A stretch of DNA of 64,000 nucleotides from a virus. Lineage: Duplodnaviria > Caudoviricetes. Made by a program: the position numbers and the translations under genes. Positions 10,988-20,195 of this stretch are shown here, piece by piece. Under the pieces are notes generated by a model. It was not told where the DNA came from, searched no databases, and saw nothing but the letters and a program-made list of their open reading frames with translations. Each line of letters opens with the position of its first letter. Position 1 is the first letter of the stretch. Where the stretch lies: positions 1-64,000 of IMG/VR virus record IMGVR_UViG_2852055501_000011; one strand, written 5' to 3'.

Positions 10988-13900
10988 TGACGGGCCCCTT
11001 TCGCAACCGACCAGATGGCACCGCCGGGCCGCAGATCCGTATTAATCAGCGCCCGGTAACGCTGGTCTACATACTGCCCAATCTCCCGGCCAAACTGTTC
11101 ATAACCAGCTGACGACTGCGTCTGGCTGCCGCCGTTACTGTCAATGGTAATAAACACCTGTGGTGCCGCAGAACCGGTATTCTGATTTCTGCCGATCGCC
11201 CGGACACCGAGAGAGCCATCCGCCGCCCGTGTTAACGGCATAATCGCTTCCGGTCCGGCCTCACCCATCAGCCCGGCACCTTTGGCAAACGCAAAATAAG
11301 TCGGGGTGCTGACTATCTGATTACTGTACGCACTCAGGCCCGGGGAGTCATAAACCCCGCCCTTGGCATTTGCCGCAGCACCTCCCAGGAAGTCACCGAC
11401 AGCACCAATCCAGCCACCGACACCAGACATGGACTTAATACTGTTCACAATCGCAGCGTTAACCAGAATTTTCTGGATAGACTTAAGGACTTCCACAGAC
11501 CAGTCGCGCCAGCTGGCTTTGTTACCGTTCAGCATGTCAGTGATGTTATTCACCATACCGCCCATGGCGCTCTGTACCGCAGATGCGGTTTGCTCCGCAT
11601 AGTCTCCGGCCTCAGCAACCCAGTCTTCCATCCCCCGGGTAACCCCGCTGGTCCAGTCAGACTGAACTTCCTTTATTTTCTGATATTTCAGGTTGAGCGC
11701 GTCAATCTCCCGGTTATAAGCTTCGGTCGCATTTTTTCCCTGATCCGATTGGGCATAAACACGATCAATCTGCTGGCGTTCTTCATACAAACTGCGCCGG
11801 TTTCCGCCCATCCCACGGGTTTTATCGATTTGTTCCGCTTCATCACTGAATTTACGGGCACCGTCACGCATCGCTTTCAGCGCATCATCCATTTCACGCT
11901 GCTTTCTGACCGCCCCGTCGGCCTTTTGTGTCCACTCCGCCAGGGCAACAGAGGATGCGCGGATCGCTTTTCGCTGCTCATCCGTCCATTTGGTACCGGC
12001 CTCATACGCAGCGGCATACAGCGCTGCGGCCTTCTCTCCCTGCGTGGCCCTGACTTTCTGAACCTCCGTAGCCACACTCAGATCCGCCATTTTACGGGCA
12101 TACTGCTCCGCCTGACGTTCCGCTTCTTTCTGCTCTTTATTGAAAGCACTCTGGGCGCTTTTACCCGCTTTCAGTTCCTTACTCAGCTTTTCCTGATTCC
12201 GGTAGGCTGCCACCTGATTATCAATGTATTTCTGCCGGTTATCGGCAAATTCGGGTTTATTCAGCAGACCGATATCATCTGCGGCAAACTCAGCCTGCCG
12301 GATAACACGGGCTTCCCCGGTCAGTGCGGACAGTTCTTTGTCCCGCTCTGATTTCTGAATGAAATCCTGCTGTTTTTCGCTGAGAGGCGCTGCCGGGATA
12401 CGCATCGGGCTGTTAACCAGAGCCAGACGGTTAGTCAGGATCTGATTTCCGGCAGACATTATCCGGTTAAATTCGCTATGCTCCGCATTCACCATCAGTA
12501 ATGAATGACGCATATTATTCTGGGCAGCAGACTGCTGACGGATCAGGAAATCACGCTGACTTTCGACCGCCTTCAGTGCTGACTGAATCTCTTCCGATTT
12601 TTTGCTCAGCTCATTGAGCCTGCTCTGTTCAACCGAAAGCTCATCCTGCGCAGCCGCCAGGGATTTAACCGCATCTTCCTGACTGATCAGATGATTAATC
12701 AGATAGCCGTTGATGCTGGGGCCGCGAGAGGCCAGCATCTGCTGATATCCTGCTATCGCTGATTTTAATCCCTCGACTTTCTGACGCTGCTCATCAACCA
12801 GTTTATTTTGCGCCGCCAGCGATTCTTTGGTTTTACCAGAGTTATCAGCGGTTTCCGGCAGCGTCATTTTATTAAGATTGGCACGAACCTGGTCAATGGT
12901 GGCGGCGTATTCAAGTGCGGACTGTCTTGCCTGCTCCTGCTTCTGGTACATCGTGTACCAGGCACCGGCACCCAGCATCACCAGCCCCGGAATACCACCG
13001 ACCAGCCCCAGCGCACCACCAAGAAGACGTGAACCGACAGATGTGACGTTATTCAGGTTGTTTTGTGCGATATTGCGGGCGTTAATATTGCGTGCAACGG
13101 ATGCCTGTACAGCGGCAAGCCGCTTTTCTGCGCCTGCCTGCGCATCCGTTCCGCGTGCAGCTGCCAGTGATTTTTGTGCCCGGTACTCTGCCGCACGCGC
13201 TCTGGCAACCGCAATTTGTGTCCCGCGCAACTGAGCCTGTGCAAGAGCGACCTCGCCTTTTGCGGCACCGGCCACCCCGATGGTTGCTTTGGTCACACTG
13301 GCGGTCAGTCCGCCGAAATACCGTGCAAGGCCAACCCCGACCAGTGCCCCTGCAACAGTGGCGATGGTGTCTATATTCCCGGCAATACCATTCAGCGCCC
13401 CGGTCAGTGTACTCGTTGCACCTGACGCCTCATTAGCCCCGCCCACCCACGCCATAAAGGCGTTTTCCACCTTTTGCGAAGCCATACTGACGGTCTGCGG
13501 TAACTGCTCAAATTCTTTTCTGAGTTGCTCCGTATTTGTCAGGATCGGGACGATTTTATCCGTGGTCAGCTGCCCGCTCTGCGCCATATCACGCAGACCG
13601 CCGATGGTGGTACCCATTCCGGCTGCCAGCAGTCTGGCCAGTCGTCCGCCGTTTTCCATGACGGAGTTGAATTCTTCTCCGCGCAACACACCGGAGGCCA
13701 GTGCCTGACTCAGCTGAGTGGTAACGGAACTGGCTTCCGCCGCACTGGCACCGGATAAAATCAGTGAGGTGGCAATCGTTTCTGTGACTTTAGCCACATC
13801 CCCCGAGGCATAACCCGCATCACGCATCGACTGTGCAATACGGGCGTACAGGTTGGTATTTGCCGCCAGTGATGTGCCGGTACGCTGACTTAACGACATC

Positions 13901-14244
13901 AGCTCCTGCTGCGCCCGGCTGAAATCCTCCGCAGACACAGAGGCCAGTTTCAGGCGACCGCTTAACTGGCTCCAGGTATCGGCATAACTGATAAGCTGCT
14001 GCGTGGCAAAAGCACCGGCCATAGCCCCCATTACGCCGGTTACTGTCGATTTTATTGATGACAGTTCATTGTTCAGCTCACTGATTGCCCGTTTCGTTTC
14101 ACGTGATGCCGATGATGCTTTGCGTCCGCCCTGCTCCAGCGTCCGGTAATAGTTCTCCCCCATCCGTGAGGCGCGCGCTATTTCAGACTGAAACGAGGAT
14201 GAATTAGCCGATATTTTAATAATAAGCTCACGAAGCTTTGCCAT
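10984..14244 (-). CDS. Tail tape measure protein
   Basis: 1086 aa Ala-rich coiled coil; GVLRGEEFNSV domain and lambda-type C-terminus GLMGEAGPEAIMPL. Confidence 0.95.
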   Translation of the reverse strand: MAKLRELIIKISANSSSFQSEIARASRMGENYYRTLEQGGRKASSASRETKRAISELNNELSSIKSTVTGVMGAMAGAFATQQLISYADTWSQLSGRLKLASVSAEDFSRAQQELMSLSQRTGTSLAANTNLYARIAQSMRDAGYASGDVAKVTETIATSLILSGASAAEASSVTTQLSQALASGVLRGEEFNSVMENGGRLARLLAAGMGTTIGGLRDMAQSGQLTTDKIVPILTNTEQLRKEFEQLPQTVSMASQKVENAFMAWVGGANEASGATSTLTGALNGIAGNIDTIATVAGALVGVGLARYFGGLTASVTKATIGVAGAAKGEVALAQAQLRGTQIAVARARAAEYRAQKSLAAARGTDAQAGAEKRLAAVQASVARNINARNIAQNNLNNVTSVGSRLLGGALGLVGGIPGLVMLGAGAWYTMYQKQEQARQSALEYAATIDQVRANLNKMTLPETADNSGKTKESLAAQNKLVDEQRQKVEGLKSAIAGYQQMLASRGPSINGYLINHLISQEDAVKSLAAAQDELSVEQSRLNELSKKSEEIQSALKAVESQRDFLIRQQSAAQNNMRHSLLMVNAEHSEFNRIMSAGNQILTNRLALVNSPMRIPAAPLSEKQQDFIQKSERDKELSALTGEARVIRQAEFAADDIGLLNKPEFADNRQKYIDNQVAAYRNQEKLSKELKAGKSAQSAFNKEQKEAERQAEQYARKMADLSVATEVQKVRATQGEKAAALYAAAYEAGTKWTDEQRKAIRASSVALAEWTQKADGAVRKQREMDDALKAMRDGARKFSDEAEQIDKTRGMGGNRRSLYEERQQIDRVYAQSDQGKNATEAYNREIDALNLKYQKIKEVQSDWTSGVTRGMEDWVAEAGDYAEQTASAVQSAMGGMVNNITDMLNGNKASWRDWSVEVLKSIQKILVNAAIVNSIKSMSGVGGWIGAVGDFLGGAAANAKGGVYDSPGLSAYSNQIVSTPTYFAFAKGAGLMGEAGPEAIMPLTRAADGSLGVRAIGRNQNTGSAAPQVFITIDSNGGSQTQSSAGYEQFGREIGQYVDQRYRALINTDLRPGGAIWSVAKGARQ

Positions 14245-14268
14245 TACTCCCCCGTTCAGAAAATAAAA

Positions 14269-14553
14269 TCAATGTTCAGAAATAGATCCGAGAAACTCTT
14301 CCAGACTGTCACCGGGCGGTCTCTCATCCTGAGCGCCCCATGTCAGCATCGCATCATTCAGGCTGAGTTTGCCGCCCTGTGCGCCGTACAGCGATGAGAC
14401 AATATGGGCCGTCTGTATGTCACTGCGGATGTCCCCGATCGGACTGAGGCGGTCAAAAGCCATCCACATGGTCAGCTCACCGGCGCTCATCGTTCTGGTC
14501 AGTTCATCCACTGTACGCCCCATCCGGAGCGCCAGTGTCATCAGAAAAAACAT
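14269..14553 (-). CDS. Tail assembly chaperone, frameshift extension (gpT-like)
   Basis: In the -1 frame after gpG-like ORF; frame is open back to the slippery site. Confidence 0.85.
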   Translation of the reverse strand: MFFLMTLALRMGRTVDELTRTMSAGELTMWMAFDRLSPIGDIRSDIQTAHIVSSLYGAQGGKLSLNDAMLTWGAQDERPPGDSLEEFLGSISEH

Positions 14554-14564
14554 CCCGGGCTGCG

Positions 14565-14948
14565 CTACTTTTTTTCCGCTTCATCCGGCGTGGTCATCAG
14601 GTCAAGCGCCTGTTTCAGTAAACGGGCATGAACCGGCCCGTAAACAGCCATCACTTCTTCAGTGTCGTCATCACTGAACACCCGCTCTTTATCTTCATCC
14701 AGCAGCACATCAGAAAACATCACCACATCTGCACGCAGATTGCGCTGCGCCTGTTCTGCCTCTGACAATTTTTCATCACCGTCTGCGCCGGTATTCATCA
14801 GCTCACGCCATCTGAGCCAGGCTGCCGAAGACGGTTCCCGCAGAATAACGGTGACTCCGCTCCATTCGGGTACCTTCACCATCTTTGAACGGAAGGCGTT
14901 TTTTGGACTGAGTGCCAGTTCTTTTAATGACAGTTTCGGATTCGCCAC
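14565..14948 (-). CDS. Tail assembly chaperone (gpG-like)
   Basis: Between major tail and tape measure genes; VKVPEW motif; ends at the slippery heptamer. Confidence 0.88.
   Translation of the reverse strand: MANPKLSLKELALSPKNAFRSKMVKVPEWSGVTVILREPSSAAWLRWRELMNTGADGDEKLSEAEQAQRNLRADVVMFSDVLLDEDKERVFSDDDTEEVMAVYGPVHARLLKQALDLMTTPDEAEKK
14568..14574 (-). other. Programmed -1 ribosomal frameshift site A AAA AAG
   Basis: GCG GAA AAA AAG TAG; the -1 frame continues K-V-A-Q-P-G-M-F-F into 14269..14553. Confidence 0.85.
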
Positions 14949-14951
14949 GGC

Positions 14952-15419
14952 TTATTCCCTCTTTCCCGGCTCAGTTACCGTCCCGTTTTTCAGCGGAACA
15001 GGCTTACCTTTCATACGCAGAGTGAAAGACGCGGTGACCAGCCCGCTGGTTGCCGCACTCCAGCTGTTCTGACGGACTTCTGCCAGGAAGGCATAACCAT
15101 TACCTGACGGAAATTCCACTTTGAACGCATGAATAGTATCTTTGTCATAGGCAGTACGCAGAACTTCCTGGCCCTCATCCGGTGACCAGTTACCGGAGAT
15201 CGTGATTTCCCCCGGAGAGGCCAGCCCGTTGGTCATTTCCTGCTCCGTTGAGCACAGGGTGGTGACATCAATATCCGACTTCTGACCACCGGTATAACTG
15301 ATCTCTTTGGCCGCACAGGCCAGCGGCAGAAATTCTGCGGATGCGGGGTTCACTTCTGTTGCAGGCAGCTTTGAAATACTGATTTTCGTGCCCTGCGTTT
15401 TTTCATATTTGCTCGGCAT
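14952..15419 (-). CDS. Major tail tube protein
   Basis: GGQKSDIDVTTLCSTEQE..GL and FPSGNG, HK97-type tube motifs. Confidence 0.9.
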   Translation of the reverse strand: MPSKYEKTQGTKISISKLPATEVNPASAEFLPLACAAKEISYTGGQKSDIDVTTLCSTEQEMTNGLASPGEITISGNWSPDEGQEVLRTAYDKDTIHAFKVEFPSGNGYAFLAEVRQNSWSAATSGLVTASFTLRMKGKPVPLKNGTVTEPGKRE

Positions 15420-15440
15420 GATTATTTTCCTGTAAGCATA

Positions 15441-15464
15441 AAAAAAAGCTGCCGCAGCAGCTTG
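15441..15464 (-). terminator. Rho-independent terminator in the late operon
   Basis: Minus strand AAGCTGC-TGCG-GCAGCTT followed by a T run. Confidence 0.6.
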
Positions 15465-15479
15465 TTGTTCAAGATTACG

Positions 15480-15815
15480 TTATTGCCAGACCTGACACTC
15501 CAGCGTGGCCCGGTAAAGCGAGGTATCCGCTTCATAGCCCTGCCTCTCTGTGAACTCCGCCGGTGAAAGCGGAGAAACAGCAGCAACAGACAGTTCACGG
15601 ATCCGGCGGGCCTCATCGATGGTTTTTGCATACACATCAATCTGGATATTGGTCATTGTCTCAGCACGACCGCACAGCACATCGCCGCCGGTATCATAAA
15701 GTGAAAAAACACACCACGGCGGCTGAATTTTGGGCTCATCCTGCGGAGCCACATACGGGAAAACCCTGCCCGGCAGCACCGGGGCAAGTAAAGAAAACAA
15801 ATCAGATTCTTTCAT
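15480..15815 (-). CDS. Tail terminator / completion protein (DUF3168-like)
   Basis: RVFPYVAP and IQIDVYA motifs; position. Confidence 0.82.
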   Translation of the reverse strand: MKESDLFSLLAPVLPGRVFPYVAPQDEPKIQPPWCVFSLYDTGGDVLCGRAETMTNIQIDVYAKTIDEARRIRELSVAAVSPLSPAEFTERQGYEADTSLYRATLECQVWQ

Positions 15816-16261
15816 CCGCTCAGCACCTTATCGATAGCCTGACTGAGTTTGCTCAGCGCCAGATCTGCTGCCTCATCCGCTTTGCCGTCAAATGCCGGAC
15901 GGATAAACGGTTGTGATGCCATTTTGGATGTACCGTTTTCCAGGAAACGCCAGTAAAACGCATTACGCGGGTCGTCCGTTTTCAGTGTGTTATCACTGTT
16001 GGTTCCGGCGGCGTTGGTTCCCCGGATGTACACACCGGAGACAACCTCACCTTTATAACGGCTCCGCTGACCGCCGGTAACGATATTACGCACTAACCTG
16101 CCGGTTATGCGGGGTGCACTCTGCCGGACCTCATCCCGCAGCATATCCGCTGCGGCTTTCGCAGCCTCCCGCAGCACACGGGTATTTTCAGCCCGGCTGA
16201 GTAATTCCAGATCACGGGACAGTTCAGCAAAACCGGACAAATCCAGCCTCATATCAGCCAT
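15812..16261 (-). CDS. HK97 gp10-family tail component
   Basis: FYWRFLENGTSKMASQPFIRPAFD motif. Confidence 0.9.
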   Translation of the reverse strand: MADMRLDLSGFAELSRDLELLSRAENTRVLREAAKAAADMLRDEVRQSAPRITGRLVRNIVTGGQRSRYKGEVVSGVYIRGTNAAGTNSDNTLKTDDPRNAFYWRFLENGTSKMASQPFIRPAFDGKADEAADLALSKLSQAIDKVLSG

Positions 16262-16580
16262 CTTTCACCCCCTGTTTACACAGCAGTTCCAGCCGGGTAA
16301 ATTTCACATCCGGGATCACAACCTGAATATCGTAGACCTGACCGCGATATACCATCCGGCATGCAGGATGAATATCCGGCCGGTACCGCATCCATACGCG
16401 GACCGTGATTTCTGACATTTCCGCTCCGGCGGTCAGCAGTTCCCGGCCACTGACGGGTCTGACTTCCGCATTCACAGCCGGGCCAATATCAACCCATAAT
16501 TTTTCTCTCTGGCCAGACGGGAGTATTGTGATTTCAGCTCTCTGAAATACAACAATATGTCTCAGACGACCAGCCTGCAT
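16254..16580 (-). CDS. Head closure / head-tail adaptor
   Basis: MQAGRLRH..SGRE..RYRPDI motifs. Confidence 0.88.
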   Translation of the reverse strand: MQAGRLRHIVVFQRAEITILPSGQREKLWVDIGPAVNAEVRPVSGRELLTAGAEMSEITVRVWMRYRPDIHPACRMVYRGQVYDIQVVIPDVKFTRLELLCKQGVKDG

Positions 16581-16590
16581 AATTTTATCC

Positions 16591-16884
16591 TTACGGCCTG
16601 CGCCGGTAATCTCTTAAATGGCGGTACAAAGAGTCCGGTAATGACTGCCCCTCCCGGTTTTCATACCAAAATCCGACCATCTGTTTTAATCTGAGCACTA
16701 TATCCGCACTTAAAAACAAGGTATCAGGGTCGTCTTTATCAGGTTTTTCCGGGGTAAGCTTTCTGTTAGTGACCCGCTCAACTTCTGATACAGCAGCACT
16801 CAAAAATTGCAGTAAAAGATCATTATCATGGTCACCATCGATATAGCATTGCCTTTTCAGCTCTTCAATTGTCGGTAATGACAT
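16591..16884 (-). CDS. Head-tail connector (HK97 gp6-like)
   Basis: ELKRQCYID..DLL and VGFWYENRE motifs. Confidence 0.88.
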   Translation of the reverse strand: MSLPTIEELKRQCYIDGDHDNDLLLQFLSAAVSEVERVTNRKLTPEKPDKDDPDTLFLSADIVLRLKQMVGFWYENREGQSLPDSLYRHLRDYRRRP

Positions 16885-16925
16885 GAAACCCTCCGGAAAA
16901 GCGGCATCTCTGCCGCCGTAATTAA

Positions 16926-18137
16926 TCAGCCTCCTGCACCTGCAGCTTTCAGTAATTTCACAGCATTACTGTCCACCATCATGCTGCCGACACGCTTCGT
17001 GGTATAGAAATGCACAAACGGCTTGTTGGTGTACGGATCGCGCAGCATACGGATGCCGATACGATCCAGGATGGTGTAGCAGCGTCTGAAGTTACCGAAC
17101 GCCAGCGGAACAGCACCGGCAGCCATATCAGCAAACTGCTCATTTTCCGCAATACCATATCCCAGTAATGCAGACGGCTGACCCAGTTGCAGGCCCGGCT
17201 GCCACAGGTAATTTCCCTGGGAATCCTTCAGTGTGCGCACTTTGAATAACGTATTGTTATTCATCATAAACTTAGCACCGTTGCGGTATGGTTTTCGCAG
17301 GGTATAAATCAGTTTCATCACTTCATCAGCGGTCAGTTCGGTCGGTTTCTTCAGCAACAGGTGTTGCAATTTGCCCCAGTCACGCTCCTTATCCGCTTTA
17401 TCATCACTGCCGTAGGCCAGCAATCCTTTGGGCTTTTTGCTGCCGTCTCCGCTGGTGAATGCCGCGTCTTCCTGCGCTGCAAATTCAGTTGTCAGTTCAC
17501 CGGTAATGAACTGGCCAACGTTGAAAAAGGCATCATCCAGCATGGTCTGAGTCGCCGCCGGATTTCCGTAAATTTCCCCCCATACCGGCTCAATGGTACC
17601 GAGTTTTGACGTACTGGTTTCCGGACGGGCATCAGTCTCACCAACCCAACCGCTGCCGGTACCTCCCATATTCACGAGGCGCTTGTAATTCGGCGTGCCG
17701 ACTGAGACAACATTACATTCCTGACGCATAATGACTTCGTCACGCAGAGCAGAAATAATATTGCGATCCAGTTCTTCCGGCACGGCATAACCACCGTCAG
17801 GATCAGAACCAATCTGCATGGCTTTCTGTTCCAGTTCGGCCAGGCCGTCATCCTTACCTTTGCGGACAAACAGTTCGAATGCACTTTTGTGTTCAGCAAC
17901 ATCTTTGTTTGCCACACCACCTGCCGGGCGTTTCACGGCCGCCAGCTCAGCTTCCAGCGACGATTTCAGCTCGTCCAGTTCGGATAATCTGCCGTTCAGC
18001 GTTTCCACTGACTCGGCCAGTCTGCCTTTTTCTGATTCGATGGCATCAATACGTTTGTCATTTTTTGACTTAAATTCTTCAAATGACGCTTTCAGCTCTT
18101 TTGCCACTTCACTGATATCTTTATGATCAACAGCCAT
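16926..18137 (-). CDS. Major capsid protein, HK97 family
   Basis: N-terminal coiled-coil delta domain; DGGYAVPEE, GDGSKKPKGLL and LKDSQGNYLW motifs. Confidence 0.95.
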   Translation of the reverse strand: MAVDHKDISEVAKELKASFEEFKSKNDKRIDAIESEKGRLAESVETLNGRLSELDELKSSLEAELAAVKRPAGGVANKDVAEHKSAFELFVRKGKDDGLAELEQKAMQIGSDPDGGYAVPEELDRNIISALRDEVIMRQECNVVSVGTPNYKRLVNMGGTGSGWVGETDARPETSTSKLGTIEPVWGEIYGNPAATQTMLDDAFFNVGQFITGELTTEFAAQEDAAFTSGDGSKKPKGLLAYGSDDKADKERDWGKLQHLLLKKPTELTADEVMKLIYTLRKPYRNGAKFMMNNNTLFKVRTLKDSQGNYLWQPGLQLGQPSALLGYGIAENEQFADMAAGAVPLAFGNFRRCYTILDRIGIRMLRDPYTNKPFVHFYTTKRVGSMMVDSNAVKLLKAAGAGG

Positions 18138-18146
18138 AACAGCCCC

Positions 18147-18803
18147 TTACTGATTAAAATTAATGGATTTAAGTGTTTCCAGTGCATCTTCCTCTGCGTC
18201 ACGCAGAGAGAGAGCATGGTAGCCGTCGGCCATAAATGCCTTAGCCTGTGTCCGCGACAGTCCGGCATCACGCAGGACGCGCTCAATACTTTTTTGTGAC
18301 GGGATGTCACCACGGGCAAATGCCGATTTAACATCACTGACCCGGGCTTCATCATTGGACGGGAAGGTCACCAGGCTCACTTCCCACAGATCGATTTCTT
18401 TCAGGAGAAACGCCCCTTTATTCCGGTCGTACTCCCAGTCTTTCAGGATGTAGCCAATAGAAAGGCCGGATAATGATCCGGCCTTCAGATGTGCATGAGC
18501 CCGTTTTGACAGCGGGTCATCCTCGATAAGCAGCCGCCCTTTGACATACAGGCCGGTATCATCCTCCCGCATTTCGGTATACACACCAACCGGTTCGGAA
18601 ATCTGGTGCTGCCAGAGCATGGCCGGAAGACTGCCCTTCTCCCGCCATTCACTAAGTGATGCCTGAAAGGCACCCGGCACAACAATATCGCTGTAGCTGT
18701 CCTTCACGCCGAAAACCGATCCGTATCCTTCAAACTCGCCGGTTTCAGTGACCGACTTTATTTTCAGCGGTATGTCCAGCCGCTGTTTAGTCATTATCGA
18801 CAT
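18147..18803 (-). CDS. Prohead protease, HK97 family
   Basis: MLWQH, GLSIGY and LWEVSLVTFPSN catalytic motifs. Confidence 0.94.
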   Translation of the reverse strand: MSIMTKQRLDIPLKIKSVTETGEFEGYGSVFGVKDSYSDIVVPGAFQASLSEWREKGSLPAMLWQHQISEPVGVYTEMREDDTGLYVKGRLLIEDDPLSKRAHAHLKAGSLSGLSIGYILKDWEYDRNKGAFLLKEIDLWEVSLVTFPSNDEARVSDVKSAFARGDIPSQKSIERVLRDAGLSRTQAKAFMADGYHALSLRDAEEDALETLKSINFNQ

Positions 18804-20007
18804 CCTGCTTTTCCTCTTTTTCCGGGCTGCTCTCAGGCTTTGTGGTCATGTTCATCGGTGTCAGCCAGATATCACCACCTTCACGCGGGTTGAGCTCTTC
18901 CAGTTCCCGGCATTCATTGGGTGAATAGATCCCCCAGTTAATACCGGTGGCATAAGCATCAAACCGTGATTTCATATCTCCGCGTAACAATGCCCCTGCG
19001 TTGAATTTCGCGTAAAAAACCCCCTGTTTTGATGGTTTCACCAGTCCGGCGTTGATACGTTGCTCTATTCGGGTCAGATAAGGCACCAGAGAATAATTGA
19101 TAAAACCAATCCCGAGGTTTTCAATGTTGTTGAACGTTGCCCGGTCGGTGTTCTGGATCATGTGCAGCGGCACACGGAAAATACGGCAGATTTCCTCCAG
19201 CTGGAATTTACGGGTCTCAAGGAACTGTGCGTCTTCCGATGTCATGCTGATTTGCTGCCATTTCAGGCCCATCTCAAGGATCATGGGTTTGTGCGCATTC
19301 ACCAGCCCCTGATGCCGGTTTTCAAAGTCGGTTCTCAGCCGCTCCCAGGCATCGTCTTTCAGGTACTGGTCAGTTTGCAGGACACCGCTGGTTACCGCGC
19401 CGTTCCCGAACAGACGTGAGCCGTGCTCCTCCGTTGCCAGCCCCAGCCCGACCGCCTGTTTTGCATACGCTATCGGACTGAGTCCGGTTAATCCGTCCAG
19501 GGTGAAAATCCGCACATGCCAGATATCATCCTGTGTCAGCGTGTCGTGCCTTCCGTCCGGAAAAGTAACCTGATATTCCGGCTCCCACTTGCTGTTCAGT
19601 TTTGGAGTAACTGAAGACGGATCCAGCGGCAGCAGCTCCACCACCTCACCCAGCGCTTTGACTTTGTAAGCATAAAAATTGCCGCGCAGACACAGGCAGG
19701 CGATCAGTAATTCCCAGAACTCCTGCGGTGTCATGTAATTATTGGGGTTTACAGATAAAAGCCGGTTAAGCCGTTCACGGACAGCCCGGCGGTTGCCTGT
19801 CTCCAGCTGTTCATACAGAGAACACGGCAGCATGCCGACTGACTCCGCCAGCACGCGAACGCAGCTGAATACTGCGGTAAGCTGCATCGCCAGTTGCGGA
19901 CTGACGCGGCGGCCGGAATAGGTGTCATAGGTCAGACCGATCATTTCGCTGAGCTCTGACGAACTCATACCCGTACCGGATTTTCTGAATAAACCGGGAA
20001 AGAACAT
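18787..20007 (-). CDS. Portal protein, HK97 family
   Basis: AVFSCVRVLAESVGMLP, GLSPI and DAQFLETRKF..EICRIFRVP motifs. Confidence 0.95.
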   Translation of the reverse strand: MFFPGLFRKSGTGMSSSELSEMIGLTYDTYSGRRVSPQLAMQLTAVFSCVRVLAESVGMLPCSLYEQLETGNRRAVRERLNRLLSVNPNNYMTPQEFWELLIACLCLRGNFYAYKVKALGEVVELLPLDPSSVTPKLNSKWEPEYQVTFPDGRHDTLTQDDIWHVRIFTLDGLTGLSPIAYAKQAVGLGLATEEHGSRLFGNGAVTSGVLQTDQYLKDDAWERLRTDFENRHQGLVNAHKPMILEMGLKWQQISMTSEDAQFLETRKFQLEEICRIFRVPLHMIQNTDRATFNNIENLGIGFINYSLVPYLTRIEQRINAGLVKPSKQGVFYAKFNAGALLRGDMKSRFDAYATGINWGIYSPNECRELEELNPREGGDIWLTPMNMTTKPESSPEKEEKQDVDND

Positions 20008-20186
20008 TATGATCCTCCGTTGTTATTCAGGCTTCCCGCTGATCTTGATACCAGATATGACCAGAGCAGGCATAAACCGCCGGCAGTGATAAACCCGGCA
20101 GCAGGCATCAGCAGCCAGGCACCGAACGCCAGCAGACAGGCACCCGCAACCCCCACCAGCAGGGCGGTAATAGTCAGTAATTTCAT
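20007..20186 (-). CDS. Small hydrophobic membrane protein (59 aa, not in ORF track)
   Basis: [59 protein letters not shown]; GAGG SD; stop overlaps the portal ATG (TAATG). Confidence 0.7.
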   Translation of the reverse strand: MKLLTITALLVGVAGACLLAFGAWLLMPAAGFITAGGLCLLWSYLVSRSAGSLNNNGGS

Positions 20187-20195
20187 TGGATTTCC

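Noticed and set aside
11590-12351. Long plus-strand ORF of 253 aa and similar antisense ORFs across both prophages
   Set aside because: They are shadow frames of well-supported minus-strand genes, with no recognisable motifs
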